The position numbers were made by a program, and so were the translations under genes. Below, in pieces: positions 1 through 9,530 of a DNA stretch of 20,355 nucleotides; position 1 is the stretch's first letter; each line of letters starts with the position of its first letter. Source of the DNA: Arcobacter sp. GTDB taxonomy: Bacteria > Campylobacterota > Campylobacteria > Campylobacterales > Arcobacteraceae. Below the pieces are notes generated by a model. That model worked only from the letters and a program-made list of their open reading frames with translations. It was not told the DNA's origin and did not search any database. Where the stretch lies: assembly GCA_965662175.1 (NCBI GenBank), contig CBFIGT010000034.1:1-20355 (forward strand). The letters run 5' to 3'.

Positions 1-238
<238 letters not shown>

Positions 239-420
239 ATGTTTAGTTTAACCATGACTAGTGTCTAACTCTTTTATCTTCAACTATCGAAACAGTCTTA
301 GATGCAATTGTTTACTGACATTACTCATTTTTATGTTATAGACGAGAATTGTTACATTCTCATTATTTTATTTTATATCATATTCGGTTTATAAAAGTTA
401 TCTTTTTTACAAACCAGTAT

Positions 421-432
421 TTGTTAAAGAAC
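421..432 (-). promoter_or_regulatory. rrn antitermination boxA
   Basis: Minus strand GTTCTTTAACAA matches the rrn boxA consensus (TGCTCTTTAACA) and lies between the promoter and the 16S start. Confidence 0.75.
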
Positions 433-485
433 TCAGTTTAAATCACTCTCTTCTTTACGAAGCGTGTCACTCAAATTGGACGGGA

Positions 486-514
486 ATTATAATAGGTTTT
501 TTTTATCTTGTCAA
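486..514 (-). promoter_or_regulatory. sigma70 promoter of the rRNA operon
   Basis: Minus strand TTGACA (514-509), 17 bp spacer, TATAAT (491-486). It is followed by GC-rich TCCCGTCC (discriminator-like) and has an A-tract upstream of the -35. Confidence 0.9.
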
Positions 515-763
515 GGGTTTTTTCTTAATGGAGGCTTAAATTTTAGAAGTTTCTTGCTTTCTTTTCTTTTTATACGGTTTTATCTATATTTTATGGTGTT
601 TATATGATTGGTATGTGAAGATTTGATATTAAATGGAAATATTTACACTCTTTTTTTCACTTTTTAATTTATATATAAGATTAATATAACTATTTAAAGG
701 ATTTATTAAGCTTTTCATATTAGAATTACGTTCGTATATAAAATACATATAAAGGAATATAAA

Positions 764-1459
764 ATGTACAAGAGAGATTACTTATCTCATAAAGATACAA
801 CAAGTCAATATACACAGGATACATCAAAAGCTGAATTAATGAGCTTTTTAAAAGCTACTTATCAATTGTTTGCTGGTTCATTACTTGCAGCAACTGCTGG
901 AGCTTATATTGGGCTAGATATGGTTTCTACAATACAAAGTTGGTATTGGGGATTAGTTATATTAGAATTCGCACTGCTATTTGGTTTATTTGCTGTTAAA
1001 AATAAACCAGGAATTAATTTAGCAGTATTATTTGGATTTACTTTTGTAAGTGGTTTAACTATTACTCCATTATTAGCATCTGTATTTGCAATGCCTGCTG
1101 GAGCTTCAATAGTAGCTCAAGCCTTTTTAATGACTTCAGTTGCATTTGGTGGAATATCAATGTTTGCTCTTACTACTAAAAGAGATTTTAGTGGAATGGG
1201 GAAAATGTTATTTATCGCACTTATTATATTAGTAGTAGGTTCTATTTCTAATATATTTATCCAAGCTCCATTATTACAACTTGGAATTGCTATGGTTGGT
1301 GCTGTGTTATTCTCTGCGTTTATTCTTTATGATACGCAACAAATTATCAAAGGTGGATTTTCAACACCAGTTGAAGCAGCAATTGCTTTATACTTAGATT
1401 TCTTTAATCTATTTATCTCATTATTACAAATACTTGGTATTTTTAATAAAGAGGACTAA
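764..1459 (+). CDS. yccA: Bax inhibitor-1/YccA family membrane protein
   Basis: About 7 hydrophobic helices, motifs 'FILYDTQQII' and 'AAIALYLDFFNLFISLLQIL'; AAGGA RBS upstream. Confidence 0.9.
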   Translation: MYKRDYLSHKDTTSQYTQDTSKAELMSFLKATYQLFAGSLLAATAGAYIGLDMVSTIQSWYWGLVILEFALLFGLFAVKNKPGINLAVLFGFTFVSGLTITPLLASVFAMPAGASIVAQAFLMTSVAFGGISMFALTTKRDFSGMGKMLFIALIILVVGSISNIFIQAPLLQLGIAMVGAVLFSAFILYDTQQIIKGGFSTPVEAAIALYLDFFNLFISLLQILGIFNKED

Positions 1460-1460
1460 T

Positions 1461-1485
1461 ACATAACTCCTTTATGGAGTTATGT
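1461..1485 (+). terminator. Hairpin after yccA (possible terminator), overlapping the next promoter
   Basis: Perfect 10-bp inverted repeat ACATAACTCC-TTTAT-GGAGTTATGT directly after the stop codon; weak U tract. Confidence 0.55.
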
Positions 1486-1491
1486 TATACT
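1483..1491 (+). promoter_or_regulatory. Extended -10 promoter, likely giving a leaderless thiD2 mRNA
   Basis: TG-T-TATACT followed by 6 nt and then ATG at 1498. Confidence 0.6.
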
Positions 1492-1497
1492 TCACTT

Positions 1498-1902
1498 ATG
1501 AATAATACAGAACTAAGACTAATAGACGCTAACTTAAACAGACTACGTGAGGGAATTCGTGTTGTTGAGGATATCTTTAGATATGTTTATAACAATAAAG
1601 AAATAGCTTCCAAACTAAAAGAACTAAGACACAAATCAAGAATTAAAATCTATACTGAACTTTTAAACTCAAGGGATATAAAAAATGATGTTTTAAAAAA
1701 ATCAACATCATCTGAACAAAAAAGAGCTGATTTAGACTCAATCTTAATAGCAAATTTCAAGAGAGCTCAAGAGAGTTCAAGAGTATTAGAAGAGATATGT
1801 AAACTTGATTCTATCAATGAGAGTGAAACATTCAAATATATTAGATATGAACTTTATGATTTAGAAAAAGCTTTAATAAATATTACCTCAAACTCTAAAT
1901 AG
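1498..1902 (+). CDS. Standalone ThiD2-family protein (HMP-phosphate kinase; often annotated as thiamine-phosphate pyrophosphorylase)
   Basis: Motifs RLIDANLNRLREGIRVVED, LKELRH, RDIKNDV, ANFKRAQESSRVLEE and RYELYDLEK. Start moved from 1474 to 1498 because 1474 lies inside the hairpin/promoter. Confidence 0.85.
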   Translation: MNNTELRLIDANLNRLREGIRVVEDIFRYVYNNKEIASKLKELRHKSRIKIYTELLNSRDIKNDVLKKSTSSEQKRADLDSILIANFKRAQESSRVLEEICKLDSINESETFKYIRYELYDLEKALINITSNSK

Positions 1903-2546
1903 TTTAAACTATACTCTTTATAGAGTTTTTTTGCATCTTTAAAATCTAATGCCTTTCCGCCACTAACACCTGATTTTTTAATATAATCAAACAACTCTTT
2001 TTTATTGTTAAACTCAAGATTATATTTTATGGTTTCAAATTCACAATTACAATATTTTAAAAAAGCCTCTTTTATTGAGTTTTCATCTAAAATTGGAGAT
2101 TTACTCTTTGTAATAGTTTGAATTGACTTAAATGTATTTGAGGTAAATAAAACAGCATTTATTGTAGGTGAAATAGAGATCAAAGCCTTAACTATTTTAC
2201 TTAAATCCTTTGACCACTGCAAAGCTGAAGCTGAAAGTACTAAATCAAAAGAGTCATTTTTTATATTCTCAAAAAACTCATCACTATCAAAATCAAAACA
2301 TTTAACATCTATTTTTTCACTTTTAGGGTGTAAGTTGCACATATTTTGAGAAAAATCAATTGCTTTATAATAATCATAATCCCATGATATATACTTAATA
2401 ATTTGACCTGAACCACAACCTAATTCTAAAACTCTTTTAGGCTTTGTTGTGACATCTCTTACTAATGATTTAGCAATAATTTGTTGAATAATATTATAAG
2501 AATTGTATTGATTTGCATATTTTGAAAATTCATTTTTTACTGACAT
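1854..2546 (-). CDS. bioC: SAM-dependent methyltransferase, BioC-like (malonyl-ACP O-methyltransferase)
   Basis: N-terminal 'FSKYANQYNSYNIIQQIIA', SAM motif VLELGCGSG, 'FDLVLSASALQW' and 'YIKKSGVSG'. Confidence 0.75.
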   Translation of the reverse strand: MSVKNEFSKYANQYNSYNIIQQIIAKSLVRDVTTKPKRVLELGCGSGQIIKYISWDYDYYKAIDFSQNMCNLHPKSEKIDVKCFDFDSDEFFENIKNDSFDLVLSASALQWSKDLSKIVKALISISPTINAVLFTSNTFKSIQTITKSKSPILDENSIKEAFLKYCNCEFETIKYNLEFNNKKELFDYIKKSGVSGGKALDFKDAKKLYKEYSLNYLEFEVIFIKAFSKS

Positions 2547-2616
2547 AGTATTATCTTAACTTTTTTTTAATAAATTTTGGATAAAATACCTACCATTTTT
2601 TCAAAGGAATAAAATT

Positions 2617-2985
2617 ATGACATCAACACTTTTAATAGTTCAATTTGTTTTAGCAGTACTATTAACAATTACAATCTTACTTCAAAAGAGTTCAAGCATG
2701 GGTCTTGGAGCTTATAGCGGAAGTAATGAGTCTTTATTTGGAGCGAAAGGTCCTGGAAACTTCTTAACAAAAGCTACTATGGCTTTAGGTTTAGTATTTG
2801 TTTTAAACACGATTTTCTTAGGGTACCTTTACAATGAGAACAGACAAAAAAGTGCTATAGATAACGTAAAAACAGAGAGTTTAATTCCTTCAACACCTGA
2901 AGCAACTCCAGCTCCTGCTGCGCCCGCGCCTGTTTCAACTACGCCTGTTGCACCTGCAGTACCAACTGTACCAACTACAAAATAG
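2617..2985 (+). CDS. secG: Preprotein translocase subunit SecG
   Basis: 'ILLQKSSSMGLGAYSGSNESLFGAKGPGNFLTKAT', two TM helices, Pro/Ala/Thr-rich tail. Confidence 0.95.
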   Translation: MTSTLLIVQFVLAVLLTITILLQKSSSMGLGAYSGSNESLFGAKGPGNFLTKATMALGLVFVLNTIFLGYLYNENRQKSAIDNVKTESLIPSTPEATPAPAAPAPVSTTPVAPAVPTVPTTK

Positions 2986-2992
2986 ATTTATT

Positions 2993-3030
2993 AAATAGTC
3001 AAATAATGTTTAAATTTATTTGACTATTTT
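2993..3030 (+). terminator. Probable intrinsic terminator after secG
   Basis: 14-bp inverted repeat AAATAGTCAAATAA (2993-3006) / TTATTTGACTATTT (3016-3029) running into a T tract. Confidence 0.6.
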
Positions 3031-3127
3031 TAAATTAAAAAGTGTTACTAAGCACTCGATTTTTTTATAAAATTCAACAATTCGTATGAAATAATACAAG
3101 CCAATCAAAAACTATAAATAATATAAA

Positions 3128-3136
3128 TGGTATAAT
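3128..3136 (+). promoter_or_regulatory. Extended -10 promoter of frr-pyrE-RDD-MFS
   Basis: TG-G-TATAAT about 35 nt upstream of the frr ATG, with an AAGGAG RBS between them. Confidence 0.75.
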
Positions 3137-3170
3137 TGCCAAAATTTACTAAATTTAAGGAGAGTAAAAA

Positions 3171-3728
3171 ATGTTAAATGAAATTTATTCTGAGACAAAA
3201 GAGAAAATGGATAATGCAATTGATGCATTAAAAAGAGATTACAAAACACTAAGAACAGGAAAAGTAAGTACATCTATTCTTGATGGTGTTAAAATTGATT
3301 ACTATGGAACAATGACTGAATTAAGCCAAGTTGGTTCTGTATTATCTCCTGATGCAACAACAATTGTAATTAATCCATGGGAAAAAAATCTTTTAGGTTT
3401 AATAGAAAAAGCTATTCAAAATGCAAATATTGGTGTTAATCCAAATAATGATGGGGAACAAATTAAACTATTCTTCCCTCCAATGACTGTTGAGCAAAGA
3501 AAAGAGAGTGCAAAACAAGCTAAAGGTATGACTGATGATGCAAAAGTTGCTATTAGAAATGTAAGAAAACATGCTAATGATAAAGTAAAAAATCTTCATA
3601 AAGAAAAAGAGATTACTGATGATGAAAACAAAAAAGCACAAGATGAAATTCAAAAAATAACAGACTCTTATGTTTCAAAAGCTGATGAAACTTTCAAAGC
3701 TAAAGAAGCTGAAATCTTAAAAGTATAA
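3171..3728 (+). CDS. frr: Ribosome recycling factor
   Basis: LRTGK, 'NPNNDG', 'PPMTVEQRK' and 'AKVAIRNVR' motifs; 185 aa. Confidence 0.98.
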   Translation: MLNEIYSETKEKMDNAIDALKRDYKTLRTGKVSTSILDGVKIDYYGTMTELSQVGSVLSPDATTIVINPWEKNLLGLIEKAIQNANIGVNPNNDGEQIKLFFPPMTVEQRKESAKQAKGMTDDAKVAIRNVRKHANDKVKNLHKEKEITDDENKKAQDEIQKITDSYVSKADETFKAKEAEILKV

Positions 3729-3730
3729 TT

Positions 3731-4339
3731 ATGAATGTAGCACAAATATACAAAGATGCAAGCGCTCTTTTAGAAGGTCACTTTAAATTAAGTAGTGGAA
3801 ATCACTCTGGTTTTTATTTACAATCTGCAAAAGTATTAGAAGACCCTAAAACTGCAAAATTACTAGCTGAAGAGTTAGCTAAACAGATAAAAGAGAGTGG
3901 AATAAAAGTTGATGCTGTTTGTTCTCCTGCTTTAGGTGGATTAATAGCTGGTTTTGCCCTTGCAACTGCACTTGATGTAAGATTTATCTTTGCTGAAAGA
4001 GTTGATGGTGAGATGACTATTAGAAGAGGTTTTGAGGTACAAGAGGGTGAAAAGTATATTATCTGTGAAGATATTATTACAACTGGAGGAAGTGCTTTAG
4101 AAGCTGCACGACAAGTTGAAGCTAGTGGTGCTGAAATTGTTGCTTATGCTGCACTTGCTAATAGAGGATTTTGTTCAAGAGTTGGAAGCAATTTAGAAGC
4201 AAAAGAGAACTGTAAATTACCGCTTGATAAACCATTATTTGCATTAGATGATTTTACATTTGAAATGTACTCTCCTGATGATTGTCCAATGTGTAAAGAG
4301 GGAAGCGTGGCTTACAAACCAGGTTCTAGAGGTAACTAA
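3731..4339 (+). CDS. pyrE: Orotate phosphoribosyltransferase
   Basis: [15 protein letters not shown]-binding loop [12 protein letters not shown]-terminal CPMC...KPGSR. Confidence 0.96.
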   Translation: MNVAQIYKDASALLEGHFKLSSGNHSGFYLQSAKVLEDPKTAKLLAEELAKQIKESGIKVDAVCSPALGGLIAGFALATALDVRFIFAERVDGEMTIRRGFEVQEGEKYIICEDIITTGGSALEAARQVEASGAEIVAYAALANRGFCSRVGSNLEAKENCKLPLDKPLFALDDFTFEMYSPDDCPMCKEGSVAYKPGSRGN

Positions 4340-4343
4340 TTTT

Positions 4344-4835
4344 ATGAGTAGATGGCGAGATACTAAAAAAGGTAAAAATGAAATACCAATACAAAATGAT
4401 GAAGATAAAAATAGCTCTTTAAATTTTGAATCTTGTGCATCTATACCTAAAAGAATAAAGGCATTTATTGTTGATATGTTTATGATTATGATGCCTTTAG
4501 CCTATCTTACAACTTATGTTTTTATGGATGGAAAAGATGATTTCCAAGGTAGCGATGAAGCTAGATGGAGTATTTCTATTATTTATGGACTTATTATCAT
4601 CTTTTTTTGGGTTGTAAAAGCTCAAACTCCAGGACTTAAGGCTTATAGTTTAAAACTTATTGATGCTAAAACAAAAGAGAAAATATCTTTTCCAAAAGCA
4701 ATTTTGAGATATTTAGTTTTTCTTTTTTCAGCAATGTCTGTTGCATTAGCATTTTTACCATTTTTTAGAAAAGATAAAAAAACATTTCAAGATTTAGTTT
4801 CTAATACTCTTGTAGTTTCTACTACAAATAAATAG
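4344..4835 (+). CDS. RDD family membrane protein
   Basis: 'ASIPKRIKAFIVD', 'QTPG', 'AILRY' and 'KKTFQDLVSNTLVV'. The true start is likely ATG 4344, just after the pyrE stop, rather than 4248. Confidence 0.9.
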   Translation: MSRWRDTKKGKNEIPIQNDEDKNSSLNFESCASIPKRIKAFIVDMFMIMMPLAYLTTYVFMDGKDDFQGSDEARWSISIIYGLIIIFFWVVKAQTPGLKAYSLKLIDAKTKEKISFPKAILRYLVFLFSAMSVALAFLPFFRKDKKTFQDLVSNTLVVSTTNK

Positions 4836-5921
4836 ATGCTTTTTTTTAATCTATCAGCTTTTTACTTTTTCTATTTTGCAGCTGTTGCTGTTTATATTAT
4901 CTTTATGCCTAAAGTTTTACATGACATAGGTTATACACCCTATGAAATAGGTATTATCTTTGCCCTTGCTCCTTTAATGAGATTTGCAACTCCTTTTTTA
5001 TTTTTAAAGCATATAAAACTTGATCAAAAAGTATTTGTTTTATCCCTATTTTTGTCTATATTTTCATCTATTGGATTTTATTTTACTTTACATAACTTTT
5101 ATGCTTTTATGATAAACAACGCTCTTTTGGGTGTTTGTTTAAGTCTTATTCTTCCTTATATTGAAGTTATTGCATTAAAAGAGTTAGGTAAAGAGAGATA
5201 TGGGAAATCTAGACTTTATGGCTCTATTGGTTTTATGGCTGTAGCTTTAGTATTAGCAAAGTTTTTATCAAAACCTGAGATTGCCCTTCACTACTATTTA
5301 AGTGTAAATATATTGATTGTAGTATTCTCTTTATTTTTACTAAAGTATGATGTTTCCCATGAAGAGAGTGTTAGCTCTAAACCTTTTTCATTTTTAGAGT
5401 ATTGGCCATTTTGGTTAAGTCTATTTTTTATGCAAATGAGTTTTGGTGGTTTTTATAACTTCTTTACTATTTATGAAACTGAACATGGAATATCTTTAGA
5501 GATGACTTCATATCTTTGGTCTTTTGGGGTTATTTGTGAAATTATTATGTTCTATTATCAAGCACCTGTACTAAAAAGAAATTTAGTCAATATTATAAAA
5601 TTTTCTATTGCAATTACAGCACTTAGATGGTTTTTAATCTATTTATATCCTGATAATCTATTATTAACATTTATTTCACAATCTATTCATGCTTTCTCTT
5701 TTGGACTTTATCATAGTGCTGTAATAATTTATCTTTATACACTCTATGAAAATAAAAAATTAGCTCAACAATTTATGTATGGTGTAGCATATGGTTTAGG
5801 TGGTTTTATGGGAGCTTTAACTGCTGGTTGGTTGTATGGAGAGAATCTTTTCTTATATTCAGCTATATTCTCTTTAGCTTCTTTGTTATTTGTATTTATA
5901 AATAAAAAAGAGACTACTTAA
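4836..5921 (+). CDS. MFS transporter (HcaT/PPP, MFS_1-like)
   Basis: About 12 TM helices, 'YGKSRLYGSIGF', 'WSFGVICEI' and 'QSIHAFSFGLYH'. Confidence 0.85.
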   Translation: MLFFNLSAFYFFYFAAVAVYIIFMPKVLHDIGYTPYEIGIIFALAPLMRFATPFLFLKHIKLDQKVFVLSLFLSIFSSIGFYFTLHNFYAFMINNALLGVCLSLILPYIEVIALKELGKERYGKSRLYGSIGFMAVALVLAKFLSKPEIALHYYLSVNILIVVFSLFLLKYDVSHEESVSSKPFSFLEYWPFWLSLFFMQMSFGGFYNFFTIYETEHGISLEMTSYLWSFGVICEIIMFYYQAPVLKRNLVNIIKFSIAITALRWFLIYLYPDNLLLTFISQSIHAFSFGLYHSAVIIYLYTLYENKKLAQQFMYGVAYGLGGFMGALTAGWLYGENLFLYSAIFSLASLLFVFINKKETT

Positions 5922-6655
5922 ACTATCTCCATGATAAGTAGTCTTTCACTCTTTTTCTCTTGAATTTCTAAAAGTTTTAGTCCTGGTATTTCTGTGTTCA
6001 TAAACTGTGCTATTGACTGAACATCATTTTTAGCCATACTATTTAAAACCATTCCCCTATAATGTTTAGCCCAATGGCTTACTACTTTTCCACCTTTTAA
6101 AAACTTCATAGTAATAACAGTAGCATTTTTAGGAGCATAAAATTTTTCATAAAATCCAGCTCGTAAATCAATAATTTCATCACCTATATACTCATCTAAA
6201 TCTAAAGAAAAATTATCTTTATAAAACTTTTCTACACTAATATTAGGAAGTTTAGAGCCCTGCTTATATTTGTAGTCAGGAATTTTATCTGAAGATTTAA
6301 TAGGTCCAAAGAGATTAGAAAATAAAATTACATTTTCATCAATATAAGCTTTTTCTTTATCATTTAGGTTTTTATAATCTAAGGCATCAAAAGCTACGCC
6401 ATTGTATCTTTCAATTGCTTTCATTGTTGGCTTATCTTTTATACTTGAACTATACTTTTTTACATCATCTAGTTTTTTAATCCCAAACCAAGTTGATAAC
6501 TCTTCTAAACTCAAAGAGCTAATATGTTTTTCATATTTTTCAATAATCTCTTCTCTTTCTTGGAATTTTTTTTCTAAAAAAAGACTCTCTTTTGAAAATG
6601 GAGGATAAGCTCCTCCCTCATTTTTTGTCTCTGCAGGTGCTAATAATATTTTCAA
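5918..6655 (-). CDS. yaaA: YaaA family peroxide-stress/DNA-binding protein
   Basis: 'MKILLAPAETK', 'AIERYNGVAFDAL', 'FSNLFGPI..D.IPDYK' and 'VVSHWAKHYRG'; TTG start. Confidence 0.85.
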   Translation of the reverse strand: MKILLAPAETKNEGGAYPPFSKESLFLEKKFQEREEIIEKYEKHISSLSLEELSTWFGIKKLDDVKKYSSSIKDKPTMKAIERYNGVAFDALDYKNLNDKEKAYIDENVILFSNLFGPIKSSDKIPDYKYKQGSKLPNISVEKFYKDNFSLDLDEYIGDEIIDLRAGFYEKFYAPKNATVITMKFLKGGKVVSHWAKHYRGMVLNSMAKNDVQSIAQFMNTEIPGLKLLEIQEKKSERLLIMEIV

Positions 6656-6662
6656 AGTAATC

Positions 6663-7079
6663 CTAATCGTCTAAAAATTCGCCACTTCTATATAGCCATT
6701 TTCCATCTATTTTTAAAAACTTACTCTTTTCTGTAAATGAAGTATCTAAACCTTTTTGTTTAAGTCCCAATTTAAAAGTAACATAAGCCTCTTCCTCTCC
6801 ATCAATAAACTCAAGAATTTCAAGCTTATTAAAATCTGTAGAGTTAACAACATCTTGAATATCTTCTCTCCATTTACTTTTGTCACTTGAATACTCAATA
6901 TTATCTTCATGTGTTGTATTAATTATATAGTTGATATTTCCAACAACAAATGCTGTAAATCTAGATTTCATTAACTCTAAAGCAGTTGTAGGATTTTTAC
7001 CATCATGAAAAATTTTACAACAATTAATATAAGTTTTTTTACTTCCACAAGGGCAAGATGAATGTTCATTAAAAGCCAT
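6663..7079 (-). CDS. ychJ: YchJ family protein (SEC-C motif + NTF2-like domain)
   Basis: CPCGSKKTYINCC, 'TALELMKSRFTAF' and 'EKSKFLKIDGKWLY'. Confidence 0.9.
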   Translation of the reverse strand: MAFNEHSSCPCGSKKTYINCCKIFHDGKNPTTALELMKSRFTAFVVGNINYIINTTHEDNIEYSSDKSKWREDIQDVVNSTDFNKLEILEFIDGEEEAYVTFKLGLKQKGLDTSFTEKSKFLKIDGKWLYRSGEFLDD

Positions 7080-7151
7080 TATTAGTTCCTATTTTTTTTG
7101 GTTATTTTAACATATTTTTTTTGATTTTAGATATATTTAGAGTTTAAAAAA

Positions 7152-7181
7152 TAAACACTTAGCGAAGTTTCTAAGTGTTTA
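7152..7181 (-). terminator. Intrinsic terminator after comEA
   Basis: 11-bp inverted repeat TAAACACTTAG / CTAAGTGTTTA, followed on the minus strand by a T run. Confidence 0.7.
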
Positions 7182-7188
7182 AAAAAGA

Positions 7189-7434
7189 TTATATACTATT
7201 CTCTTTTATTTTTGATACAAGTTTATCCCCAAAGCCTTTAATGTTTTTTAAGTCATCAACACTCTCTATCTTGTGAGTTTTTCTATACTCAATTATAGAT
7301 AAAGCCTTTTTCTCTCCAATACCTTTTATTTTAACTAATTCCTCTTTTGATATTGTGTTAAAATCAACAACAGCCATAAGAGTTCCATTTGTTAAGAACA
7401 TGGCAACTAAGATTATAAAAATCAAATTTTTCAT
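7189..7434 (-). CDS. comEA: ComEA family periplasmic helix-hairpin-helix DNA-binding protein
   Basis: Signal peptide plus two HhH motifs 'ELVKIKGIGEKKA' and 'DLKNIKGFGDK'. Confidence 0.9.
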   Translation of the reverse strand: MKNLIFIILVAMFLTNGTLMAVVDFNTISKEELVKIKGIGEKKALSIIEYRKTHKIESVDDLKNIKGFGDKLVSKIKENSI

Positions 7435-7491
7435 GATAGCCTCCTAATAATTTGAAAAATTATTAAAAGTATACATAAATAATATTTAAAA

Positions 7492-7860
7492 TTATCTTGA
7501 TATTAGGTTTTTGTACTCTTTAGTTCTAACTTTTCTTTGAATTTCTCTTTTTACTATGCCAAAAGCGTATTTACTATCACCACCACCAATAACAGCTCTT
7601 TGCGTATCACATGAAGTACATAAAAAATATGTTTTATGTAAAATAAAATCATTTTCATAAACTAAAGTCTCATCGCACTTTGGACAATGACACTTTAAAT
7701 TTACTATTAACTCTTTTTTCCACTCCCATCTCCAGGGAACTTCGTAAAGTTTATCTTCAACATAATTGTGAAAATCCTCTTCACTCCCAAAAAAAACAAT
7801 ATATAAAATAACAGCAACAATAATCATCACAAAAGCTGTGATTAAATAACTAATTTCCAA
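7492..7860 (-). CDS. Hypothetical single-pass membrane protein with a putative zinc ribbon
   Basis: N-terminal TM helix; CHCPKC and CTSC pairs; TTG start with AAGGA RBS and an upstream TATAAT. Confidence 0.75.
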   Translation of the reverse strand: MEISYLITAFVMIIVAVILYIVFFGSEEDFHNYVEDKLYEVPWRWEWKKELIVNLKCHCPKCDETLVYENDFILHKTYFLCTSCDTQRAVIGGGDSKYAFGIVKREIQRKVRTKEYKNLISR

Positions 7861-7968
7861 ATAAATCCTTTAAAAAATGTATTATACTCAAAATTTATTT
7901 AATAGAGAAAAGGCTTTTATTTAATTTTAAAATCTTTAATGATACATTATGCGAAAAAAAGGAAATTA

Positions 7969-8361
7969 ATGTTGGAAAACTTCCCTTTGGAACTTGTTTC
8001 AAATATTGTATCTTTTATTATCATAGCTGCTATTGTAGTTAGATTTGTAAAGTACAAAAAAAGAGTTGCTGTAATAGATGGCTTATATCAATTAGAAGAG
8101 AAAAAAGAGTTAAAACAAGGTGATAAAGAGTTTATCACTTCGAACCTAAAAGAGTATAAAGATAAGGCTATTACACAAGCTTCATTTTTAAAGCTTATGT
8201 ATCCAGCTTTTATTTTAATTGCAGGTATATTTTTTCTATTTTTCGATTTTGCTGAAGCTATGATTCATATTAATATTCTTGTAGTTGCATATATTTATTT
8301 ATATATTAAAAAAATTCATTACGCAAACTATATTAAACTTTTAGAGGGTATTAAAATTTAA
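7969..8361 (+). CDS. Hypothetical membrane protein (about 3 TM)
   Basis: ORF with three hydrophobic segments. AAGGA RBS precedes ATG 7969, and the stop overlaps the next start (TAATG). Confidence 0.75.
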   Translation: MLENFPLELVSNIVSFIIIAAIVVRFVKYKKRVAVIDGLYQLEEKKELKQGDKEFITSNLKEYKDKAITQASFLKLMYPAFILIAGIFFLFFDFAEAMIHINILVVAYIYLYIKKIHYANYIKLLEGIKI

Positions 8362-9530
8362 TGAAATCTTATTCCAATCTCTTTCTTGCTTCATTTTTAA
8401 CTTTATTAGCTTGTTTAGGGTTTGGAAGATTTGCATTTGGTATGATTGTACCAAACTTACAAGAGAACCTCCAAATTTCAACGACTGCAATTGGTTTTAT
8501 AAGTAGTTCTAACTTTATTGGATATTTTTTAGGAATTATAGTTGCTAGTAGAGTTTATGCTAGATTTGGTACTAATAAACTTATCTTTTTTCTTCTACTT
8601 ATTCAAGGGCTTTCAATGCTAATAATGACCCTATTTGATAACTATATTTTTATCTCTATTTTGTATTTATTATCTGGATTTTTAGCTGCTGTTGCTAATA
8701 TTTCTATTATGGTTTATATTTCCCATGTAGTACCAAAAGAGATAAGAGGTAAAGCTTTAGGAATAGCTGTTAGTGGAAATGGTTTTGCTATTATAATTTC
8801 AGGCTTTTTAGTACCTTATTTGGAGCAGTTTTATGATAGTTCTTCATGGAGAGTCTCTTGGTTGATTTTTTCATTAGCAATAATATTTATATCATTTTTT
8901 ATTAAAAGACTTTTATCTTATGATGTTGATAATAGTATTAAATCTGAATTAAAATTTTATCACTACATAAACAATAAAAAGTTTTGGGAAATTGGAATAT
9001 TATACTTTTTATTTGGGATTACATATGTTATTTATGTAACTTTTTTCGTCAGTGCTTCTGTTGTAAAATGGGAACTAAGCTCTGAAATTTCTGGATATTT
9101 TTGGTCTACTTTTGGTTTTATTTGTATTTTTGGAGCTTTTATTTTTGGAGCTATTGCTGATAAGTTTGGTACTTTTAAAACTATTATATTAGTATTTGCA
9201 TTTCAGGCCTTTTCTCAATTTATTTTGATTTTTGATACTCCTAGTTATGTACTTTTTATCTCTATTTTCTTTTTTGCAATATCAGTTTGGAGTGTTCCTA
9301 CTATGATTGCTATGCTTTGTACTGAATTTTTTGGACTTAATAAAACAGCACAAGTATTTTCATTGGTTACATTAATATTTGCTATTGGGCAAGCCCTTGG
9401 ACCTTTGGCTGCTGGATATATTTATGACTTAACTAACTCATATGATAATGTATTTTTAGTTGCTTTCTTATTTTGTTTTACTGCTTTTGTTATGTCAATT
9501 ATCTTTTCTTTTAATAAACTAAAACTATAA
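8361..9530 (+). CDS. YbfB/YjiJ family MFS transporter
   Basis: 'LGFGRFAFGMIVP', 'SSNFIGYFLG', 'GAIADKFG' and 'FAIGQALGPLAAG'; 12 TM. Confidence 0.85.
   Translation: MKSYSNLFLASFLTLLACLGFGRFAFGMIVPNLQENLQISTTAIGFISSSNFIGYFLGIIVASRVYARFGTNKLIFFLLLIQGLSMLIMTLFDNYIFISILYLLSGFLAAVANISIMVYISHVVPKEIRGKALGIAVSGNGFAIIISGFLVPYLEQFYDSSSWRVSWLIFSLAIIFISFFIKRLLSYDVDNSIKSELKFYHYINNKKFWEIGILYFLFGITYVIYVTFFVSASVVKWELSSEISGYFWSTFGFICIFGAFIFGAIADKFGTFKTIILVFAFQAFSQFILIFDTPSYVLFISIFFFAISVWSVPTMIAMLCTEFFGLNKTAQVFSLVTLIFAIGQALGPLAAGYIYDLTNSYDNVFLVAFLFCFTAFVMSIIFSFNKLKL

Noticed and set aside
2885..2980. Short repeats (GTACCAACT x2, GCxCCx) in the secG tail
   Set aside because: Explained by a low-complexity Pro/Ala/Thr protein tail; not a CRISPR or mobile repeat.
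3468..3653. 61-aa minus-strand ORF
   Set aside because: Antisense shadow inside frr with no motif.
4248..4343. N-terminal extension of the RDD ORF
   Set aside because: Overlaps the pyrE 3' end; ATG 4344 just after the pyrE stop is the plausible start.
6402..6608. 68-aa plus-strand ORF
   Set aside because: Antisense to yaaA.
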